A DNA stretch of 64,000 bases from an uncultured Eubacteriales bacterium (GTDB taxonomy: Bacteria; Bacillota; Clostridia; Oscillospirales; Acutalibacteraceae): the NCBI GenBank assembly GCA_900316455.1, contig ONCX01000001.1, positions 76,649 to 140,648 on the forward strand, in the 5' to 3' direction. A program made the position numbers and the translations under genes. Of this stretch, positions 17,801 through 25,497 are shown one piece after another. Numbering within the stretch: the stretch's first letter is position 1; the number at the start of each line of letters is the position of its first letter. The notes beneath the pieces were generated by a model. It saw only the letters and a list, made by a program, of their open reading frames with translations, did no database searches and was not told where the DNA came from.

Positions 17801-17825
17801 AATCGCGTTTTTGAGATACGCGATT
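17801..17825. promoter_or_regulatory. 8-bp perfect inverted repeat (candidate operator)
   Basis: aatcgcgt-N9-acgcgatt in the 344-bp divergent intergenic region upstream of the XRE-S24 repressor. Confidence 0.3.
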
Positions 17826-17875
17826 CATTTTTATATTTTTAACAATTTTTGTATCAAATATTTTATATTTTGATG

Positions 17876-17904
17876 TTGCATTTTTGAGAAGTATATGCTA
17901 TAAT
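17876..17904 (+). promoter_or_regulatory. sigma-A promoter with extended -10
   Basis: TTGCAT-17 nt-(TGc)TATAAT. Confidence 0.55.
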
Positions 17905-17980
17905 AATAATGAAAACAAAAAGCCTTGTTTTAAACTTAGTATATTTTTTGCGACAGCAATTTAAAAGGATGGTATCAAAT

Positions 17981-18574
17981 ATGAATATCAATGAAAAAAT
18001 CAAACAGCGCCGGCTTCAGCTCGGACTCAATGCCAAAGACGTGGCGGACGCCTTAGGTATCTCCCGCGCTACACTCTACAGATATGAAGGTCACGATATC
18101 GAAAAGCTTCCGATTTCTGTATTAGAACCCTTGGCAAAGATCCTCGGCACTTCTCCTGTTGAGCTTATGGGCTGGGAGGATTCTGAATTCAGCGGCAAAA
18201 AAAATATCCCTCTGGTCGGGACTATCGCCTGCGGTACTCCCATACTCGCCGAGGAAAATATCGAGGAATATATTCCGGCGCCGCTTGGCTGCGAGGCGGA
18301 TTTTGCGCTTCGATGCCGCGGGGACAGTATGATAAGGGCTCGTATATGCGACGGTGATATAGTATTCATTCACTCTCAGCCCGATTGCAGAAACGGCGAG
18401 ATCGCAGCCGTCCTTATCGGCGACGAGGCTACCCTCAAGCGTATCTACAAGCAGCCCGACGCAATCACGCTTATTCCCGAAAACAGCGAGTATTCCCCCC
18501 TCGTCTACCGCAAAGAACAGATGAACGAAATCCGCATTCTTGGCAAAGCAGTTGGCTTCATAAGCTATTTTTAA
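17981..18574 (+). CDS. XRE-HTH / peptidase S24 (LexA/CI-like) autocleavable repressor
   Basis: HTH QRRLQLGLNAKDVADALGISRATLYRYE, S24 Ser motif RGDSM and Lys motif ATLKRIY. Confidence 0.85.
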   Translation: MNINEKIKQRRLQLGLNAKDVADALGISRATLYRYEGHDIEKLPISVLEPLAKILGTSPVELMGWEDSEFSGKKNIPLVGTIACGTPILAEENIEEYIPAPLGCEADFALRCRGDSMIRARICDGDIVFIHSQPDCRNGEIAAVLIGDEATLKRIYKQPDAITLIPENSEYSPLVYRKEQMNEIRILGKAVGFISYF

Positions 18575-18584
18575 AGTTAATGTT

Positions 18585-18636
18585 AAAACAGCACAGCCCG
18601 TGGCAGCCTATCAAGGCTCACGAACTGTGCTGTTTT
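18585..18636. terminator. bidirectional hairpin terminator
   Basis: 12-bp stem aaaacagcacag / ctgtgctgtttt flanked by A/T runs, between convergent genes. Confidence 0.7.
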
Positions 18637-18648
18637 AATTGTTTATAA

Positions 18649-20259
18649 TCAATACGGCACTACCGTCTGATACACTGTGTTATTCTCCATGTTGTGCGCT
18701 TCTGATCTGTCAACGGCGCGAATAACCATATAATATTTCTTGCCGCTCTCCAATCCGCTTACTTCAGCCTGAAGCGGAAGCGCGTCATACTGCCCCTGCT
18801 CATACGCCTCCGTCACCTTAGGCTCCAGAATTATCTTCTCCGCGTTCTTCATATCGGGATCCGCAGCAAAATCCAATTTGCTGTCGCTATAATACAACAC
18901 ATATGTAACTCCGCTTCTATCGAGCGCAACGTCCCAGAAAACAATCGCTCCGCCTTCAGTAGGTTCTGCTGCGCCAATGCCGACTCTCGGTTCCGGTTCA
19001 TGAGGCGGCCACTCGGTCGAATTATTATATACGCTGCTCCAACGCGGTTCATCTTCATCTTCCGTTGTGTGATATTTCAAAACGAAATTGTTAAGCATGG
19101 TAAGCTGACCGTCTGTGATATAATGTGAGAAACCGGCAGAATTTTCCGCCTCAGAAACATCTCCTATCAAAACTCCCAATCCTTTGTCGGATTTACCAAC
19201 GAGAGTTTTTTTCAGGTCATATTCCTCCGGTCCCTCGGCATATCCCAGCGACAGCACCGTAAATCCATCAGCGCAGCAGGATTCAGCAGCAAGCTTTGGA
19301 AGCTGATTGTATTTATTGTCGGCAAAGAAACCCTTATTGTAAAGCTGTTCAGGATTCGAGTCCATCATATAGCTTTCAAAGAATAAATAGTCTATACTCG
19401 GACGCGTTGTGTAACGATAGTGTTCCAGCAGATGATTGAAGAAAAACAATCCACGATTCTGGCATATCAGCTTATCGGAATAATTCTCCTTGATACGCGC
19501 TATGAAATCCCTGACGCCAGGCGCTGTCCATTCAAATCTGGTTCTTCCGGGATCCTCGTCGGACGTATAGCTGTTTGGCGCGCAGGTGTCAATGGTATCA
19601 AGAAACAGTCCGTCGCAGCCAAGACCTCTTCCATAATCCGTTGTGAGAATTTCCTTTATGCCAGGCACATTGTCATCGCCGTCAATCTTCATATTATCAA
19701 GCACATCATACCAGTCCGGGTCGCCGATATTGGTATACGCACATGTGAAGTACGGATTGAAATCGGGCTTGCCGTCGCGGTCGTTGTCGTCAAGGTAATA
19801 GGAGGCAAAGCCTGAACCGACAGGCGATGTGACGCCGTTTATATCTGCTGCGGCAAGAGACGTTTCTCCATCGGCTCTCGCATCGACCCTTGGTCCCGAA
19901 CCGTCGCCGGTGAACCGCTCATCGGCAAGCATTTCCTCCGCAGTCATGCCCGCAGTACGCAGATCTTCACCAACCGCTATGTACCCAAGCACCTTTGTGT
20001 TGGCAGACTGGATATCGGCAACCTGCTCACGGGTAAGATTGCCCTGTCTCGGATGGAGAATGGCAATATCATACTGCTTTGCGTTACGAATCACATCATC
20101 GTCAACCACACCGTAATATATCATGTAGGTTGGCTTTTTGACAACCGGCAGCCCCAAAGTATCCTCTTGCTCTTCTTCGGAACCGCATGAAGCTAATACA
20201 GAAGTCATCATTGTCACCGCTAAAATCAACGCTGTTATCTTTTTCACTTTAATCCTCAC
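18649..20259 (-). CDS. secreted lipoprotein, tentatively a TIM-barrel glycoside-hydrolase-like (GH114/TM1410-like) protein with a C-terminal beta-sandwich
   Basis: Lipobox LASC. The pattern YDIAILHP..KVLGYIAVGEDL resembles GH114-type proteins. Function is tentative. Confidence 0.5.
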   Translation of the reverse strand: MRIKVKKITALILAVTMMTSVLASCGSEEEQEDTLGLPVVKKPTYMIYYGVVDDDVIRNAKQYDIAILHPRQGNLTREQVADIQSANTKVLGYIAVGEDLRTAGMTAEEMLADERFTGDGSGPRVDARADGETSLAAADINGVTSPVGSGFASYYLDDNDRDGKPDFNPYFTCAYTNIGDPDWYDVLDNMKIDGDDNVPGIKEILTTDYGRGLGCDGLFLDTIDTCAPNSYTSDEDPGRTRFEWTAPGVRDFIARIKENYSDKLICQNRGLFFFNHLLEHYRYTTRPSIDYLFFESYMMDSNPEQLYNKGFFADNKYNQLPKLAAESCCADGFTVLSLGYAEGPEEYDLKKTLVGKSDKGLGVLIGDVSEAENSAGFSHYITDGQLTMLNNFVLKYHTTEDEDEPRWSSVYNNSTEWPPHEPEPRVGIGAAEPTEGGAIVFWDVALDRSGVTYVLYYSDSKLDFAADPDMKNAEKIILEPKVTEAYEQGQYDALPLQAEVSGLESGKKYYMVIRAVDRSEAHNMENNTVYQTVVPY

Positions 20260-20272
20260 CTTTTTTTAACTT

Positions 20273-20326
20273 AAAAGCCCGAACAATCGCTTTATTCTGT
20301 TAACGAATAACGAATGTCGGGCTTTT
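20273..20326. terminator. hairpin terminator after the ABC transporter operon
   Basis: 10-bp stem aaaagcccga / tcgggctttt. Confidence 0.5.
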
Positions 20327-20364
20327 ATTATTATTATAATGTATATTTGGAAAATAGTCAATGA

Positions 20365-21162
20365 TTAATTTGCAAGGAGTGCGCGGTCGTTGGCAAATTC
20401 CGAACCGCTGAGCTTTGCGAATTCCTCAAGAAGCTCCTCGACTGTAAGATTCTTCTTCTCCTCGCCGCAAACGTCGAGAATGATCCTACCCTCATTCATC
20501 ATGATAAGACGATTGCCGTGGGCTATCGCGTCACGCATGTTGTGGGTTACCATCAATGCGGTAAGGTGATTTTCTTCTATGAATTTATCCGAAAGCTCCA
20601 GCACGTTCTTGGCTGTCTTAGGGTCAAGAGCCGCCGTGTGCTCATCGAGCAGGAGCAGCTTGGGGTGGTTCATGACCGCCATTAGCAGCGTTACAGCCTG
20701 ACGCTGACCGCCTGAAAGAAGACCTACCTTTGTTGTCATGCGGTTTTCAAGTCCCAAGTCGAGCGTCGTGAGCATTTCCCTGAATTCCCTGCGCTCCTTG
20801 CCGGAGATAGCCCAGTTGAGTCCGCGGAACTTGCCGCGCCGGTTGGCAATGGCGAGATTCTCCTCCAGCCACATGTCGGAAGCCGTTCCCATTCTGGGGT
20901 CCTGAAAAACTCTGCCGATGTACTTTGCACGCCTGTGCTCGGATAGCTTGGTGACATTCACGCCGTCAATGGTGATGGTTCCTTTGTCAACCGGATATAC
21001 TCCAGCTATCATATTCAGCATTGTGGATTTTCCCGCGCCGTTGCCGCCTATGACCGTTACGAAATCTCCCTCATTGAGTGTCAGGTCAATGCCCTGAAGA
21101 GCTTTCTTTTCGTTGACCGAACCGGGGTTGAAGGTTTTATAGAGTCCTTTGACTTCAAGCAT
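20365..21162 (-). CDS. ABC transporter ATP-binding protein (COG1101-type, uncharacterised-system ATPase)
   Basis: Walker A GGNGAGKST, signature LSGGQRQ, Walker B LLLDEHTAALD. ATG 21162 has a GGAGG SD and overlaps the permease stop by 8 nt. Confidence 0.9.
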   Translation of the reverse strand: MLEVKGLYKTFNPGSVNEKKALQGIDLTLNEGDFVTVIGGNGAGKSTMLNMIAGVYPVDKGTITIDGVNVTKLSEHRRAKYIGRVFQDPRMGTASDMWLEENLAIANRRGKFRGLNWAISGKERREFREMLTTLDLGLENRMTTKVGLLSGGQRQAVTLLMAVMNHPKLLLLDEHTAALDPKTAKNVLELSDKFIEENHLTALMVTHNMRDAIAHGNRLIMMNEGRIILDVCGEEKKNLTVEELLEEFAKLSGSEFANDRALLAN

Positions 21163-22147
21163 TTTCCGTGACCTCCTTTTCCTCAGGAGCAGCTTTTTTG
21201 CCGCCGAATTTCTGTGTGAACTGCGCTTTCCAGAATGGTATGCCGAGGAAAATTCCAACAACCAATGCAGTGAAGAGCTTGAGGTCGTTCGCTTTCATAC
21301 CCATGTTAAGCACCAGCGTTATTACAACATAATACACAATACCGCCGATGATAGTTGCAACCAGCTTGAGAGCAAAATTGTGGAATATCTTTCCAAGAAG
21401 CACCTCGCCTATTATGACGGCGGCAAGTCCGATAACAATTGCGCCTCTGCCCATGTTCACGTCGCAAAAGCCCTGATACTGCGAGAGGATTCCGCCTGAC
21501 AAGGCGACGATTCCATTGGAAAGCACGATGCCGATGATTTTGTTATTGTCGGTATTTATGCCATTGGCACGCGCCATGGCGAGATTGCTGCCGGTGACGC
21601 GGAGAGCGTGTCCGCGCTCCGTGCCGAAGAACCAGTAAAGCACGCCGATCAGCACTCCAGAAATCAAAAGACATATGAGAAGCGACTGATTGCAGAATCT
21701 CGTCAGCATTGTCAGAACCTCATTATCCTTGCTGACTTCAACAGGAAGTAAGGTCTTGTTGACATTACGCAGCGTAATGGGGTATTTATAATTCATATAG
21801 GGCAGCGGTACGTTTGCCATATCGCTCTGTATCCGGAGATTGACAGAATACAGACTCAGCTGTGTCAGAATACCCGCGAGTATGGCTGGAATGCCGAATT
21901 TGGTATGAAGAACACCGGTGGCAAGCCCTGCTAAACATCCTGCAAGGAACGCGCAAAACATAGCAAGATAGAGATTCTGCCCCGACGTTACCATCACGAC
22001 AAGCACCGCTCCGCCCGTGGCAAATGAACCGTCCACCGTCAGGTCGGCAACGTCGAGAATTTTGAATGTGATATACACGCCTATCGCCATAATGCCCCAG
22101 ATAATTCCCTGAGTAATGGCTCCAGGCAAGGCGTTCAAAAACGGCAT
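21155..22147 (-). CDS. ABC transporter permease (COG4120-type)
   Basis: Polytopic hydrophobic 330-aa protein. AAAGGAG SD before ATG 22147. Confidence 0.85.
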   Translation of the reverse strand: MPFLNALPGAITQGIIWGIMAIGVYITFKILDVADLTVDGSFATGGAVLVVMVTSGQNLYLAMFCAFLAGCLAGLATGVLHTKFGIPAILAGILTQLSLYSVNLRIQSDMANVPLPYMNYKYPITLRNVNKTLLPVEVSKDNEVLTMLTRFCNQSLLICLLISGVLIGVLYWFFGTERGHALRVTGSNLAMARANGINTDNNKIIGIVLSNGIVALSGGILSQYQGFCDVNMGRGAIVIGLAAVIIGEVLLGKIFHNFALKLVATIIGGIVYYVVITLVLNMGMKANDLKLFTALVVGIFLGIPFWKAQFTQKFGGKKAAPEEKEVTENA

Positions 22148-22194
22148 GAAACATTCTCCTTTCAACGGATCAAATTATCAAAATACCAAAATCG

Positions 22195-22224
22195 GCGATA
22201 AGGCACAATTCTGCGCCTTATCGC
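22195..22224 (-). terminator. intra-operon hairpin between the SBP and permease genes (partial terminator or mRNA stabiliser)
   Basis: 10-bp stem gcgataaggc / gccttatcgc followed on the minus strand by cgauuuugguauuuu. Confidence 0.5.
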
Positions 22225-22281
22225 TGATTTCACTGTCAAATGCTATAAGTTTTTCGTTGTGTAATTGTTCAAGAATTACAA

Positions 22282-23277
22282 TCAGCCCTCGATTGCAACG
22301 TACTTCTCAGGAACGGTTATATTGAACTTTGCACAACGGTCAGCCATATACTTGTATACCGGAGCTTCATCATACTGGATCTCCATCTCAGCGGGATCCG
22401 CGCCGTTAACAAGAATGTCGTATGCCATCAGACCAGTGGCATAGCCGATGTTTTCGTAGCTGATGGAGAGCGTAGCAACGCCGCAGCCCTTGCAGATACC
22501 CTCTTCACCGGCGATGACGGGCTTATTCTTCTCTTCGGTAATGCTGTTGATAAGCTCGGCGTTGTCAGCGCACTTGTTATCAGTGGGAACATACAACGCG
22601 TCGATCTCATCGCAGGCTTTCTCAACAACCTGTGCAATGTCGTTTGAATCGGAAAAAGTATACTCAGTTACCTCAATGCCAGCCTTTTTAAGCTCCTTGC
22701 TGACGACCTCAGCCTGATACTTGGAGTTAGCTTCGTTGGAGCAATAGAGTATGCCAACCTTCTTTGCCTCGGGCAGAAGCTCGGCAAACATTGCAGCCTG
22801 CTGATCAAGCGGAGCAAGGTCAGATGTTCCGGAAACATTGATACCGGTCTTGCCGCTGAAGTTGTCAATGCCAAGAGCAACGCCATACTCGGTGACCGAT
22901 GTGCCAAGAATCGGAATATCAGCTGTACCTGAAGCGGCAGCCTGTACAGCGGGTGTGGCGTTTGCCATGATGAGATCTACATTGGAAGCAACAAACTGAT
23001 TCACTATTGTGGTGCAGGTTGTCGGCTCGCCGGAAGCGTTCTGCTCGTCAAACTTCACCTTATCGCCAAGCTTCTCGGTGAGAGCCTTCTTGAAGCCTGC
23101 GGTCGCGGCGTCAAGCGCGGGGTGCTGCACAAGCTGGCAGATACCTACGGTGTAGGCTTTGTCTTCCTTCTTGTCGCCGGAAGAGCTGCCCGAATCGCTG
23201 CAGCCTGTGACTGACATGAGCGATGTTGCGATCAGTGCGCATGACAGCACTGACGCGAGAATTCTTTTGAATTTCAT
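22282..23277 (-). CDS. ABC transporter substrate-binding lipoprotein (ABC_sub_bind/COG2984-type)
   Basis: Lipobox VTGC. YTVGICQLVQHPALD motif typical of this SBP family. Confidence 0.85.
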   Translation of the reverse strand: MKFKRILASVLSCALIATSLMSVTGCSDSGSSSGDKKEDKAYTVGICQLVQHPALDAATAGFKKALTEKLGDKVKFDEQNASGEPTTCTTIVNQFVASNVDLIMANATPAVQAAASGTADIPILGTSVTEYGVALGIDNFSGKTGINVSGTSDLAPLDQQAAMFAELLPEAKKVGILYCSNEANSKYQAEVVSKELKKAGIEVTEYTFSDSNDIAQVVEKACDEIDALYVPTDNKCADNAELINSITEEKNKPVIAGEEGICKGCGVATLSISYENIGYATGLMAYDILVNGADPAEMEIQYDEAPVYKYMADRCAKFNITVPEKYVAIEG

Positions 23278-23344
23278 TTTTTCTACCTCCTGAAAAATAA
23301 CTCCTTTGGTTAAACTCTGTCTAACCGCTAAGTAGCTGTTAGAG

Positions 23345-23373
23345 AGTATATCACTTTAAAGCGCTGATGTCAA
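23345..23373 (-). promoter_or_regulatory. sigma-A promoter of the ABC operon
   Basis: Minus strand TTGACA-17 nt-(TGa)TATACT. Confidence 0.55.
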
Positions 23374-23491
23374 GAGATTTTTATTATTTCGGCAAATAAC
23401 TTCAAACATTTTTTAACAAGTATTCTGCTTTAGCTAAGATTGCCAAACTATATGCAGTACGACAAAAGTTTTTCATATTTCTCTTATACCA

Positions 23492-23519
23492 TTGACATTC
23501 CTCTGAAATGTGATATAAT
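23492..23519 (+). promoter_or_regulatory. sigma-A promoter with extended -10 for VTC-DUF4956
   Basis: TTGACA-16 nt-(TGa)TATAAT. Confidence 0.55.
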
Positions 23520-23567
23520 TATTGTTATAACGGAATTAAAAAATTATTCATACTGTTATTTTTCCAT

Positions 23568-24362
23568 GTGAATAGTTTGAAGGAACAAAGGCAGGTGACG
23601 ATTCTTTTGCACTACAAAACACACGGTTTGCGTCACGAAATTAAATACAGCATATCATACGCTCAGTATCTCGAACTCCGCAGCAGGGCAATGTGCTTCA
23701 TGCGGCACGACGAGAACGGCACAGACGGCAGGTATTTTATAAGAAGCCTGTATCTCGACGACATTTATCTCGGCAACTTCAATCAGAAAAACGCCGGTCT
23801 TACCCGAAGAAGAAAATACCGCATACGGATATACAATTACAGTGACAGCGTGATTAAATTTGAAATCAAGGACAAATTTGACAGCTATATCTCAAAAAAA
23901 TCTTCCGTAATCACACGGGAACAATGTGACAGCATCATAAAAGGTGATTTCGGATTCGTTGGCGATATGATTCTTCACGACAGAGAAAAGGCTGAATCGG
24001 ATAAATTCCGCGCTCTGAGAATGGGCTTTATCGACTGCGCGTGCAAGGTTCTCCGACCGCAGGTTGTTGTCGATTACGACCGCGAGGTATTCATCTGCGA
24101 CGAGGGAAACGTGCGTATTACCTTCGACATGAATATCCGCGCCGGTCAGGGAACCGGAAGTATTTTTGACACTCATCTTCCCACCGTTCCTGCTTACGAA
24201 AGCGGCAAAATGATCTTAGAGGTCAAATACGACGATTATCTTCCCAGCTTCATTCGCCGAATGCTCCGCTCAAAGAAGCTGAGTCTCTGGCAGTTAGCCG
24301 AATCAAAATACTCTCTATGCTGCATGGCACAGTCAAATTATTACGGAAAGGTCGTATATTAA
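23568..24362 (+). CDS. VTC-domain (polyphosphate-polymerase-like, CYTH-like tunnel) protein
   Basis: RHEIKY..YFIRSLYLD..RRRKYRIRIY..EIK pattern typical of bacterial VTC-domain proteins. Start uncertain (GTG 23568 or GTG 23595). Confidence 0.75.
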   Translation: MNSLKEQRQVTILLHYKTHGLRHEIKYSISYAQYLELRSRAMCFMRHDENGTDGRYFIRSLYLDDIYLGNFNQKNAGLTRRRKYRIRIYNYSDSVIKFEIKDKFDSYISKKSSVITREQCDSIIKGDFGFVGDMILHDREKAESDKFRALRMGFIDCACKVLRPQVVVDYDREVFICDEGNVRITFDMNIRAGQGTGSIFDTHLPTVPAYESGKMILEVKYDDYLPSFIRRMLRSKKLSLWQLAESKYSLCCMAQSNYYGKVVY

Positions 24363-24364
24363 TT

Positions 24365-25027
24365 ATGAATTTCAGCGACGTATTCAAAAACAAATTTTTA
24401 AGTCAGTTTGCTCTCACTTCACCCATAGAATATGTTCTTGCGCTGGTTTTTTCAATCTTTGTGGGACTTATAATCTACTTTGTCTACAAAAAGACATATA
24501 ACGGCGTAGCCTATAGTCACAATTTCAACATGTCGCTTATACTTATGACTCTCATAACGACAATTATTATCTTCACAATAACAGCCAATCCAGTGCTTTC
24601 GCTCGGTATGGTAGGCGCTCTGTCAATTATCCGCTTCCGCACGGTCGTCAAGGATCCCGTCGATCTGATGTACCTTTTCTGGGCTATTTCCATGGGAATT
24701 ATTATCGGCGCAAAGCAATATATTTTCGCCCTGATATGCGTTGTAATAATCACAATATTCTGCTTCATAATGTGCAGACTCAGCGACAAGGAGAAGCTCT
24801 ATCTGGTAATAGTGCGCTATGATGTTTCCGTAACAGACCAAATTGACAAGTCGATTGAAGAGGTAAAAGGCAAGATACGCAACCGCACAGTAGGCAAGTC
24901 CGGCGTTGAGACCATTATCGAAGTTAAGGACAACGCCATCGACGAGCATTTTGTCGAAAAAATCACAAAAATTGACGGTGTCGAAAGCGCCGCTCTTGTA
25001 AATTACAACGGCGACTACGCCGAGTAA
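24365..25027 (+). CDS. DUF4956 membrane protein (usual partner of the VTC-domain protein)
   Basis: LSLGMVGALSIIRFRTVVKDPVDLMYLFWAISMGI is the DUF4956 signature. ATG lies 2 nt after the VTC stop. Confidence 0.8.
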   Translation: MNFSDVFKNKFLSQFALTSPIEYVLALVFSIFVGLIIYFVYKKTYNGVAYSHNFNMSLILMTLITTIIIFTITANPVLSLGMVGALSIIRFRTVVKDPVDLMYLFWAISMGIIIGAKQYIFALICVVIITIFCFIMCRLSDKEKLYLVIVRYDVSVTDQIDKSIEEVKGKIRNRTVGKSGVETIIEVKDNAIDEHFVEKITKIDGVESAALVNYNGDYAE

Positions 25028-25046
25028 ATCTTTTCTAAGAGAAAAT

Positions 25047-25084
25047 AAAAAACCGTGCCGCGTTACTAAACGGTACGGTTTTTT
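25047..25084. terminator. bidirectional rho-independent terminator
   Basis: aaaaaaccgtgccg / cggtacggtttttt with flanking A and T runs. Confidence 0.8.
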
Positions 25085-25096
25085 TATTCAAGTAAA

Positions 25097-25402
25097 TCAG
25101 TCGGCAAAATTGAAATAGTCCTTGTTTCTCTCCTTAAAGATATCAAAGACCGCCTGTGCTGTCTCCTCGTTCTCTACAGCGACAAGATCCTCTTCCTCAT
25201 CATTGTCCGGAACAGGCTCCACCTTGAGAATTACAACCTCGTCATCGTCCTCCTCGGTAGAAGCAAGCACTACGTACTCGCTGCCCTCATATTCCACGGA
25301 ATCAAGGTACTCAAAAGCAATTTCGTTGCCTTCTTCATCGCTGAGATATACAATGTTTTCCATTTCTTCCTCGTCAAATATTTCCTTATTATCCTCGCTC
25401 AT
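25097..25402 (-). CDS. DUF1292 acidic small protein
   Basis: LSDEEGNEIAFEYLDSVEYEGSEYVVL is the typical DUF1292 pattern. AAGGAAGG SD before ATG 25402. Confidence 0.8.
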   Translation of the reverse strand: MSEDNKEIFDEEEMENIVYLSDEEGNEIAFEYLDSVEYEGSEYVVLASTEEDDDEVVILKVEPVPDNDEEEDLVAVENEETAQAVFDIFKERNKDYFNFAD

Positions 25403-25497
25403 GTTATTACCTTCCTTTGCAAAAATATTCATAAATTATATCCTATTCCGGCTTATTTGTCAAGTTCCGGAATAAATTAAAATTTTACATTTTTTAA

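Noticed and set aside
17981-18574. Calling this gene lexA
   Set aside because: The N-terminal domain is an XRE-type HTH rather than the LexA winged helix, and no SOS-box-like palindrome (GAAC-N4-GTTC) was seen upstream. It is labelled as an XRE-S24 repressor instead.
23278-23344. T-box or riboswitch in front of the ABC importer (a tryptophan-type transporter is often T-box controlled)
   Set aside because: The promoter maps only ~65 nt upstream of the SBP start codon. The leader is too short and shows no conserved riboswitch blocks.
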